A stretch of 64,000 nt of DNA. Source: Octopus sinensis. Taxonomy: Eukaryota. The notes beneath the pieces were generated by a model that saw nothing but the letters and a program-made list of their open reading frames with translations, was not told where the DNA came from and made no database searches. The translations under genes were made by a program, and so were the position numbers. Within the stretch, counting starts at the first letter, position 1. Each line of letters opens with the position of its first letter. Below, piece after piece: positions 54,234 through 64,000 of this stretch. Location of the stretch: assembly GCF_006345805.1 (NCBI RefSeq), contig NC_043000.1, forward strand, positions 8,370,001-8,434,000, in the 5' to 3' direction.

Positions 54234-54451
54234 CCCTTTAGTATTCAGGCTTTTTTGTCAAATGCATTGCTTATTTATTTGCATTATTGTGAATCAATGA
54301 TGCATTATCTTGTAGCTTCAATATTTCAATGATGTGTTTGTATATTTTTCATGACATTGTTGGGTAGGTGTGAGAAGTTGGATCTAGTCAGTTTTAACAT
54401 AAAACAGATAGAATATTTGGACCAGATGTGGCCAGATTAAATGCTATAGGG
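54234..54451. mobile_element. Degenerate piggyBac-type MITE in the intron between repeat exons
   Basis: CCCTTTAGTATT ... AATGCTATAGGG with TTAA-like flanks (ttga / ctaa). Confidence 0.5.
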
Positions 54452-54665
54452 CTAATTCTTTATTACATCAGTATCTCCTCTTTTACAAGAAGTTTGAATG
54501 AATAGTTAAGAAAAAATTCTTAAAAGATATTGAATTTGTAATTTTGAAATCTTGTTAATTTGTGCACTATTATTGATAAATATGTTGGTAATACTTAATT
54601 AATGTTTTGTTTACTTTTTCTTTCATTTATGTGCGATGTGCTATTTTCTTTATGTTTTTACGTAG

Positions 54666-54775
54666 CACGGCAAATAGCAGGAGCAGAACATTCCTCACCG
54701 TCACCAAGCTCTCGAAATGTTCGTTCTAAAATTGGATCTTTGGACAATGCTAGGCATACACCTGGTGGGGGAAAT
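54666..54775 (+). CDS. tau: Tau/MAP2-family microtubule-binding repeat exon: (A)RQIAGAEHSSPSPSSRNVRSKIGSLDNARHTPGGGN
   Basis: tatgtttttacgtag|CA...AAT|gtaagt; 110 nt, phase 1 to phase 0; canonical V-x-SKIGSLDN-x-x-H-x-PGGG repeat with KXGS motif. Confidence 0.93.
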
Positions 54776-55827
54776 GTAAGTAATTTAGCAAGTCCTTTAA
54801 TAAATGTTTTGTACTGTCTTTCTCCGTGCACTGAGATGAATGCATGAGTGTATGTGTACAAAAAACAGGAAGAAAATATAACCCACATTGTCTCCATTCT
54901 GCTTTCTTTTTTATATTCCTCTCTTATACCTTCATTTCTTCTCTGTTTCTCTCTTCATCTAGTATTAGATGATAATTATCTGTGATGAAAAGAGGCTTAA
55001 TTTGAATTCTATGATGTTTTCCTCTCATTAACTACCACCTTGTTTTTGGCAGTATAGTTGGTGTTAATATAAATCTCTGGCGCATGTATTTATTTACCCT
55101 TCTTGAAAGCTTATCTCTCATGAAGTGGCACTCTTACAGCTTTCTTGACCTCAACTAAAGGAATGCAGTTCAAATATGCTCGTGGCACATTCTAACCTGT
55201 AAGCGAGCCATTCACTGTATTTTGCCATGGAGAAAATTTCACACTGTAGACAAATGGTGTAAACACCTAAATCAGCTCACAGCGCCACCTACCCAGACTG
55301 TAAGATGCAAGCATTTTGGAGTGGTTATCTCCTCTTCAGTCACAGAAACCAGAGAAGAATAATTTATTTTCCCTATGAACACAAATGCTACCAATGAGAG
55401 AGTTTAATCTAAAGGTCTGTCTAATACAGATTTATCTCCTCATCAACTAATCCACTTGTAGCTCACATTTAATTTCTGATAAAATAACAAATAAGTTGGC
55501 TTGACAAATTTCTTTCTTTTTCATCTTATTTGCATAGGCACAGTGCCATGCATTTGGTGGAGGGAACTGTGAATTATATCAATCGTAGTCCTTGACCAAT
55601 ATTTTAGCTTATTGACCCTATAAAGATGTCATGATTCTGTATGGATGTCAGGTAAAGTCCGCAATAGTGAGATTTGAAATTAGGACGAGGAGAGCTGCTT
55701 TAACATATTGTGAAACATTTTGTGTATTGCTCTACCAATTCTGCCAACGCCTCACCCTTTACAATCAATATTAATAATGTTAATGGCTGTTTTATATGAC
55801 ACATACCAGTACATGAATCATTATTTT

Positions 55828-56222
55828 AGTGGCTGTGTGGTAAGTAGCTTGCTAACCAACCACATGGTTCTAGGTTCAGCTCCACAGCGTGGCATCTTGG
55901 GCAAGTGTCTTCTGCTATAGCCCCGGGCCGACCAGTGAGTGGATTTGGTAGATGGAAACTGAAAGAAGCCTGTCGTATATATGTATATATATATATAAGT
56001 GTGTGTGTATATGTTTGTGTGTGTGTTTGTCCCCCTAGCATTGCTTGACAACCGATGCTGGTGTTTTTACGTCCCCGTAACTTAGCGGTTTGGCAAAAGA
56101 GACCGATAGAATAAGTACTGGGCTTACAAAGAATAAGTCCCGGGGTCGATTTGCTCGACTAAAGGTGGTGCTCCAGCATGGCCGCAGTCAAATGACTGAA
56201 ACAAGAAAAAGAGTAAAAGAGT
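55828..56222 (+). mobile_element. tRNA-derived SINE, family A, copy 1
   Basis: A-box-like TGGCTGTGTGG, B-box-like GGTTCAG; internal (TA)/(TG) tract; (GTAAAAGA) tail; highly similar to the 57746 and 59139 copies. Confidence 0.85.
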
Positions 56223-56860
56223 GTATATAATATTATATATAATACTGATGTGTATAATGTTTATAATGTGTATACAAGCATGGAATGGTTCTACCTATAA
56301 TATTTTGTCTATGAGAAACTTCTCAAAGGAATTGTGTGTTAAAGACACAGGGCATCATTTAGAATGCCAGTGGATTACCAGACATGGTTGGTGTTTCAAC
56401 TTGATTTGATTTCCTCACTGAGCTCAACCAAATATACTTGTTTCGGTAGAGAAATCAGTCAGGAATGCATCGACTGATTGGTGCAAAAGCAGGCCAGGCT
56501 GGAATCAAATTATATGCAGCATCAGATTAGAATACCAAATACCAGGGTGTATAATATTTATGTGTATACAAATGTGGAATGGCACTGGGCTATCATATCT
56601 TGAAGCCATCACCACTCTTGTGACCCTCCTCCTTCTTCCCCTCCTTGCTCCTGCATCTCTCCGCCTCCCCTCCTCCTCCTATAATTTTCATTTTTATATG
56701 TTGCGTGACATAGTTGGGTTTTTGTAAAGCATCTTTTATGAAAGATGCTGAATATGAAAGTATTATTATTATTTTTATTATTATTATTATTTTTGATTTC
56801 TTGATTTCTTACCTTTTGGTTTGGTTGATGATCTGCATTGATTTTGTTTTGTATTGGAAG

Positions 56861-56920
56861 TCAAAGACATCAGGGAAGACTGGCAGATCTAAGGATAGTC
56901 CAAGGAAGAAAAAATCAAAG
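56861..56920 (+). CDS. Candidate 60-nt cassette exon SKTSGKTGRSKDSPRKKKSK
   Basis: ttttgttttgtattggaag|TCA...AAG|gttgga; phase 0/0, in frame after PGGGN; composition resembles the basic tail of the giant exon; both splice sites are weak. Confidence 0.45.
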
Positions 56921-57745
56921 GTTGGAATTCACACTTGTATTATGCAGCCATTCCGACTACCAAAGCTCTCCAAAACATTATTCCTTGGCACACTCTGATG
57001 TTCACTTCAGATCAATAACAATTACAGCTTAACACTTACCCATAGATATATTCCAATATTAATACTACAGTTTGAGTATAACATCAGCTTTCACTATCCC
57101 TATCCTAGCTCATTGCTACAGAGTTGGCTAATTTGTAATTACTTTCTAAACAAGCTCTGTTTCCCCATGCTTAAGCTTTGGTACATCACATCAGCTATAT
57201 GCATGACATTCCTTCTTGGTTACATCTGTTTTTAATGTTTCCTGAATGTTGAAATCGTTTTAGCTACATCGTATATTTTAATAAATTTCAAATTATTTCA
57301 TTTGGTATACATACATGCATACGTACATACGTGCAGACATATACGCACACACATGTACTTATTTGTATGAATGCTTGCATGTATTTTTATAAACTTTTGG
57401 ATCATTCTAACTGTTGTACCACATTTTTCATTATTGTCATCTTTTTGGTATAATCTCCAGTCATTTTCTGGTATGAATGTAGATATTCATGAACTTGACA
57501 GGCATGCAGCTGCAACTGATGACTGCAATTGTATGCCTGTCAGTGTTGTATGCCAGTCAGTATTGTGTTTGTATACATACAGTTAACCACATTTGAGAAA
57601 GATACCGTTTCATTCACTATCATCTGATCTTGACATAAAAAAGGTTGGCAACAATAATTGTTTCAGATCTTAATTCAGAATACTAAGCACTTGCCTGAAA
57701 CCATATCGCTTGTGTTTACATCACATATCTTTATTACATATAGAT

Positions 57746-58150
57746 TACTCTTTTACTCTTTTACTGGTTTCCATCATTTGACTGTGGACATGCTGGAGCA
57801 CCGCCTTTAGTCGAGTAAATTGACTCCAGGCCTTATTCTTTGTAAGCCTAGTGCTTATTCTATCAGTCTCTTTTGCTGAACCGCTAAGTTACGGGGATGC
57901 AAACACACCAGCATCGGTTGTCAAGCGATGTTGGGGGAAGGGACAAACAGACACACATACATATATATATATATATACATATATACGACCGGCTTCTTTC
58001 AGTTTCTCTCTACCAAATCCACTCACAAGGCTTTGGTCGGCCCGAGGCAATAATAGAAGACACTTGCCCAAGGTGCCACGCAGTGGGACTGAACCTGGAA
58101 CCATGTGGTTGGTAAGCAAGCTACTTACCACACAGCCACTCCTGTGCCTA
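57746..58150 (-). mobile_element. tRNA-derived SINE, family A, copy 2 (inverted)
   Basis: Reverse complement of the 55828 and 59139 copies. Confidence 0.85.
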
Positions 58151-59138
58151 TGTAGCCTATTAGGTAGCAAAATATATACATCATACTGTAATTGCTACAT
58201 TACTCTATTCTTGTATACGCTATAGCTGTTTAACACCTCTGGTTTCAGATCAGTGTAAAGCATGGCATATATGTGGAATACAAGTTTGCCTCTATACATT
58301 CAGTTGTTTATCCCACTATCAAAGGTTTGCTCAAGCAGAACTAGCTGGGTTTATTCAACAACATCAAATGTTTCATCCTTTTGACATAGTATAGATGGAA
58401 GGAGATTCGACTGTTAATTGTTCTGAGGGACCAAATACTGGTACCTTTCTTTGCTTGGGATTTCTTAAACATCACCTACCACTTGAAGGGGTTATTGTAC
58501 CCACAAACATCTTTATTTTATCTACTTCTGTTGTTATTGCTAAATTCTCAGAATCTGGAAACAACAAAATAATAAAAATCCTAGAAGCACTTTTTATTGA
58601 TAACACCAAATCCACAGATTCCTTTTTATTGGCTCACTGTGTGGATTTGTGCTGCTACACAACCCTCATATCAATCTGCAATGTCATGTAATGTATAAGG
58701 TTTTCAACAAAAAAACAAAAACAAAAAAGCTCCCTTCCTTACATCTTCTGTCAGGTAAAATACTAAATACCTTTTATTGGGAAACAGCAGATGTCCTAGA
58801 TGGCAAAACATCTCTTGAGTTGCTAAGCCTTGTGGCATGCAACAGCAACACCTTTAGAATTTTTAATTTCCCAAATGCACCATCACAAAGAATAGTATTC
58901 TTACCAGTCTTTCTTAGCATGTAACTACACAACTGGAATGCCAGTTCTGTCAATGACATTTAAGAAATTCAGGGTAGGTTTAGTTAATCAAGCTAACAAG
59001 TTTTTTTTTATCAACTCATTTGGACTGATAGTTAATATCTCACTGAGTTATGTGTTTTAATGCTATAATGTTTGTGTAATCTTCATATTGTTGTAGAAGG
59101 CAGGTTTACAATTACTATGATAATCATTTATATATATA

Positions 59139-59543
59139 GGCACAGGAGTGGCTGTGTGGTAAGTAGCTTGTTTACCAACCACATGGTTCCAGGTTCAGTC
59201 CCACTGCATGGCACCTTGGGCAAGTGACTTCTACTATAGCCTTGGGCCGACCAAAGCCTTGTGAGTGGATTTGGTAGATGGAAACTGAAAGAAGCCCGTC
59301 GTATATATGTATATATATATATATATATGTGTGTGTATGTTTGTGTGTGTGTGTTTGTCCCCCTAGCATTGCTTGACAACCGATGCTGGTGTGTTTATGT
59401 CCCCGTTACTTAGCTGTTCGGCAAAAGAGACCGATAGAATAAGTACTGGGCTTACAAAAGAATAAGTCCCGGGGTCGAGTTGCTCGATTAAAGGTGGTGC
59501 TCCAGCATGGCCGCAGTCAAATGACTGAAACAAGTAAAAGAGT
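59139..59543 (+). mobile_element. tRNA-derived SINE, family A, copy 3; older copies at ~6530-6990 (+) and ~51295-51710 (-)
   Basis: ggcacaggagtggctgtgtggtaagtagc...gcagtcaaatgactgaaacaagtaaaagag. Confidence 0.85.
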
Positions 59544-59990
59544 ATATATATATACATACACACACTCATACATTGCTGTAACCATGATGTTCTGGTGAGC
59601 TGGTGAGCCAGCATTCTTTATTTACATTGATTTGTGAATATGAAATTGTATGGTATAATGCCGAACATGCATATTAATGCAAACATGTAAGCATAATTTC
59701 TTCCACACTGAAATTATTACTACATGAAGAAGGCTATGAAACGTCTGTAACCCTAAGTATGCCATTGGTTAAATAAATATATTAACCTTCAATACCTTTT
59801 GACATTTATGGTTTGTATCCTACACATGAAATAATTTCATCAATTGGATCTTGTGGATTTCAGTTGCCTGGACATTTTCTGTATTGGATTACTTTACTAT
59901 GTGAACTGTTTGCCAGTTTCTGTAAGAGGAGCTTTCTGTGATAGCCAAAGAATTCTCTGAATCCATATCTTATTCTACAAACATATATAT

Positions 59991-60033
<43 letters not shown>

Positions 60034-60062
60034 TATATATATTTGAAAAGATTTGTATGCTA

Positions 60063-60480
60063 CTTTCTTAAAATTGATTACATTTTAATTTTCCTTTTAC
60101 ATGTTTCAGTTTTTGAAAAACCATATCAAAAATATGTACTAAAATGGAATATGTAAAGAGAAAAGAACTATTAAAAAAATTTAATTAAAATTAAAATTAA
60201 GATTAACTGTGACTGCAAATTACTACTATCAGGTAGTAGTAATTTGCATCCACAGTCAGTTGAACTTGTCATGCTACCAGATACAAAGGGTATTATCATG
60301 CGTTCTTGCAGGAAAAAGGAAATTAAACTATGAATGTTAATCTTAATTTTAATTTTAATTCAGTTTTTTAATAATTCTTTTCTCTTTACGTATTCCGTTT
60401 TTAGTACATATTTTTGATAAGGTTTTTCAAAAGCCGAAACATGTAAAAGAAAAATTGAAATGTACCCAATTTTAAGAAAG
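60063..60480. repeat. Inverted repeat with ~145-bp arms, an internal hairpin (~60207-60257) and a degenerate hammerhead-like motif (~60410-60448, +)
   Basis: ctttcttaaaattg...attaagattaac / gttaatcttaat...caattttaagaaag; inner tgcaaattactacta / tagtagtaatttgca. Confidence 0.85.
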
Positions 60481-60830
60481 CACCATTTTCATTCTTGTTT
60501 TCCATATATATATATGTATATATATGCAAAGTCTTAGAGCAGTAGTTGCATGATCTGAAAGTATAATCTGTTTAGTTTGATTGTAATATTGTAATGTCTA
60601 GCTAACTGAGATTAAAATGCATCGGTTATTTAAATGCAACTGATTGGTGCAAATGAAATATATTTTTGTGTATGTGACTGTATGTACACATGAGAGGATA
60701 GGCATTTTAAATGTCTGTATATTTGATATTGTTTAAAAAGAAATGGTGTAGCTCAAGATTTTACTGTGGAGACTGAAAATTATGGTCCTCTCTCTGCTTT
60801 CTAAGTCTCTCACTCTTTTGATATAGTATG

Positions 60831-60868
<38 letters not shown>

Positions 60869-61624
60869 TATATACACACTTATACACACATACATTTGTG
60901 TATACAAATTATATTTTTTATTATATTTGAAGTTGATAGTCTTCTTTTGAGTTTTGCTCCAGCCTAGGCTGTTCTTGGTTTTTACTAATAATATCTAATT
61001 TGTCTTTAGTGTTTGTGAATACTTTAGAACTCATCAATTTTGAAATAAACTGCTTGTATTGTCTGATTTATTTGTGTTTATAGTGGAAATTTTATTTATG
61101 CTTTAGGTGAATTCATAAATATTTTTTCATTATGAGAAGTAAACTTCTAAATAGTAATTTTTTAATAACAGTTATGTGGACTTTTACTATAGATTTGGTG
61201 ATGACATCTTAAACATTTCACTGTTTTTAAATTCAAATTGGTTTTGAATTTTCTTTTTGTATGCATTAGAGCCTGGTAGAATATGGCGTGCCTACTATTT
61301 TCCTCTCTTTGTAAAAATATGAATTCTAAGTTTTTTACTAGCAATTCTCTTAGACATGTATTGTTTACATTTATTTAGCTACTCTTTCTCGAATGATAAA
61401 TATTATCAAAATGATAATATGAATATTCAAGACTCGCGTTCCCAAAGTGATTTGGTAGAATGGATATGAAGTTTATCTTAAAATCATGAGGTATCAGGGG
61501 CAATTCCACTATGCTACACCTTCGTGAAATCATGAGATCAATCCAACATTTGTGAGTGAAATTATCAATGACTCATCAGAGGGACTGTACCTGTAATTCA
61601 AAAGTCCAGCCTTGTCATCTGAGG

Positions 61625-62270
61625 CTGTGATTCTTAACTGGGGTCTATATGGTCCCTGAGGGGCCATATAAGATTTTTGGTGGTCGATGTAACAAAATAG
61701 TAAATTGGGAATCCACAATAGTATTTTAAGGGCCCCTGAAAAAGTTTTTCTTTAGATGTATGTCATCATCATCATCATTGTTTAATATCCGTTTTCCATG
61801 CTGGCATGGGTTAGATGGTTCAACCGGGGTCTAGAAAGCAAGGAGGCTGCACCAGGCTCCAGTCTGATCTGGCAGTGTTTCTACAGCTGGTTGCCCTTCC
61901 TAATGTCAACCACTCCGTGAGTGTAGTGGATGTTTTTTATGTGCCACCGGCACAGGGGCCAGAGGAGGCTGGCAAATGGCCACAATCGCTTGGTGCTTTT
62001 ATGTGTCACCAACACGGATGCCAGTCAGGCGGCGCTGGCATCTCCCACTTTCGGACGGTGTATTGGTATATATTGCTAGAAACAGCAAGGTTTCTTTCCC
62101 TAAAATTTCACATAGCTAACCTACACATGTTAATGTGAGAAAAGCAAAATCGGAATTTTGAAAGAAGTTTCTATAAAACTAGTTTTTAAACATCGAAAGG
62201 CTATGGGGGTCCTTTAGAATAAAATAGTAACCAAAGGAGTCCATTGGTAAAAAATGGTTGAGAAGCCCTG
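61625..62270. mobile_element. hAT-like element with a retroposon nested at ~61763-62060
   Basis: CTGTGATTCTTAAC ... GGTTGAGAAGCCCTG termini; the internal (CAT)n-tailed repeat matches the 38690-39040 family. Confidence 0.5.
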
Positions 62271-63455
62271 ATCTAAGCCAACCCAAAGGTTCTGAATTCA
62301 ATTCCCAATAAAGGTGGCATTTAAATAATAGCAGGTGAACACCTAGGAGTCACTTCATAGGTGAGCTTGGCTCTTTTCTTAGCATATCAGAAAGGAATGG
62401 GCTGGGCCACTTGTTTGAGAGTTCTTCTTTTGAAGATTTCTCCTGCTGTCTGTCCCCTCCATAAGTGAGTTTCCACTTTCACTTTCTGCTGTCTTCAGCT
62501 GATAATGTGTGAGAATTACATTAAGATTATGACTACTTGATGTATAAACTGCTATTTAAAACTTTAAGTCAATAAGGTAATCTAGTTGATTGACCAAATG
62601 GAATGCATATTGGTGACACCCAAGTTCTGTGGTTGTGTAGAAATGGCTCCAATTCTGATGGTAGCAAGAACGATAGAAACTGGAGGCAGCGCTGGTGCTA
62701 GGATATTTTGTACCCTAGGTCAGTTCTTCAATGCATGCCCCTTCTCAAAGCTCAAAAGTGTATTCTTTCTACTGTAGCCATTTATTCTGCACCACTTTCA
62801 ACAACTTTATCACTATAGATTCCTCCAGTTGTCATTCTGTTTACTTGACACCTTAGGCAAGTGTCCCCTACTACAACCTCAGGCTGACCTAGGCCTTGTG
62901 AATGGATTTGGTAGGCTGAGAGTGAAAGATGCCTGTTAAATATCATCATCTTCATCGTGTGACGTCTGTTTTACCTGATGGCATGGGTGGGACAGTTTGA
63001 CAGGAACTAATAAGTCAGAAGACTGCTCCAAGCTTTGCCTTCCTTTTTTTGGCATCGTTTCTTTTGTTGGATGCTTTTATATTGCCCCAGCAGCAGTGAG
63101 GTCACAGAGTGCAGTGTATTTGGTGCTTTTTATGTAGCACCAACAGCAATGAAGTCATCAAATGACTTGCCAGACAAGACCCCCCCCTCAACAGGGAGGG
63201 GTGAAGTAGTAGTATTGAAGGACAGACAGATGTCTTGCGTTAGAAGAGAGACATGGCTACTTCAGGTGTAGAGAAAGATGGTGACAATGTGACGGAGAGG
63301 GGGTAGGGGCTGGACGTGTAAGTTACAGGGTGGTGTATATAGGTGATGTGGACCAGGGATTGGAGAGGGTAGATAGGTGGGGGAGTTCACAAGATTTCAA
63401 AAGGAGAGTGAGAGCTAGAGGGTGTGGTGGGGAAAAGGAAGAGATTGAACAGGTG

Positions 63456-63499
<44 letters not shown>

Positions 63500-64000
63500 A
63501 CTATCTCCATGCCTTGACTTTGTGTGTGTAGTTGTAAACGAATGTCACCATCATGCAAAGATGGGGTCTTTTGTTTCCAGTCTTCCATGAAAGCATGTTT
63601 GGCCATTGGGAGATATTACCTTACTTGGAAACAGGTGAGGGTTGACAACAGGATGGGCATCTGATCTTTAAAAAATCTGCCTTAACAAATTCCATCCCAT
63701 GCGAGAATGGAAACGTGCATGTTAAAATGATGATGATGATGGTGATGATGACGATGACGATGATAATTATTGAGTAAATGTGTTAACTGATAAAATTTGG
63801 AATTTGTTAAGCGAAATCATTCGACCGCCTCAAGGATGGCCATCATCTGTTCCGAGAGTGACCTCCCCTGCTCCCTTTCCTACTGAGGTTTTTGTGATTT
63901 CAGTTGCATGAAGAAATTTTGTTTAGGTGTTCAGAATTTGGGCAGTGTTCCTAGATTTTAAGATCTTAAACAACCATCAAGTTGTTCTAATGTGTAATGC

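Noticed and set aside
55828-59543. tRNA genes
   Set aside because: The A/B boxes belong to SINE heads; no complete cloverleaf.

Overview
AT-rich, microsatellite- and SINE-rich animal DNA. The repeat families and composition suggest an octopus/coleoid cephalopod (inferred, not verified). The window holds part of one large + strand gene of the Tau/MAP2/MAP4 family. Three small exons with matching splice phases (51010-51050, 53343-53529, 54666-54775) encode tubulin-binding repeats (YRPGGGNVRIF...; NVRSKIGSLDNARHTPGGGN). Upstream lies a single phase-1/phase-1 exon of about 14.5 kb (14155-28659, ~4,835 codons). It encodes an acidic domain, a three-copy KRLSLVEF/RRGS module, a ~6.3 kb PEVK-like (E/A/V)KPVEA(P/L)E array and a basic Ser/Lys/SP-rich tail. 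Together this suggests a >500 kDa giant Tau/MAP2 isoform with a skippable giant exon. Seven small indels in the array (net -6) look like assembly errors. The introns contain two antisense LINE copies sharing a 3' stem-loop, mariner remnants, MITEs, several SINE families and at least four minimal type I hammerhead-like motifs in sense orientation. Three of these motifs sit in long foldbacks typical of Penelope-like element remnants. The first exon(s) and remaining repeat exons were not found in the window.
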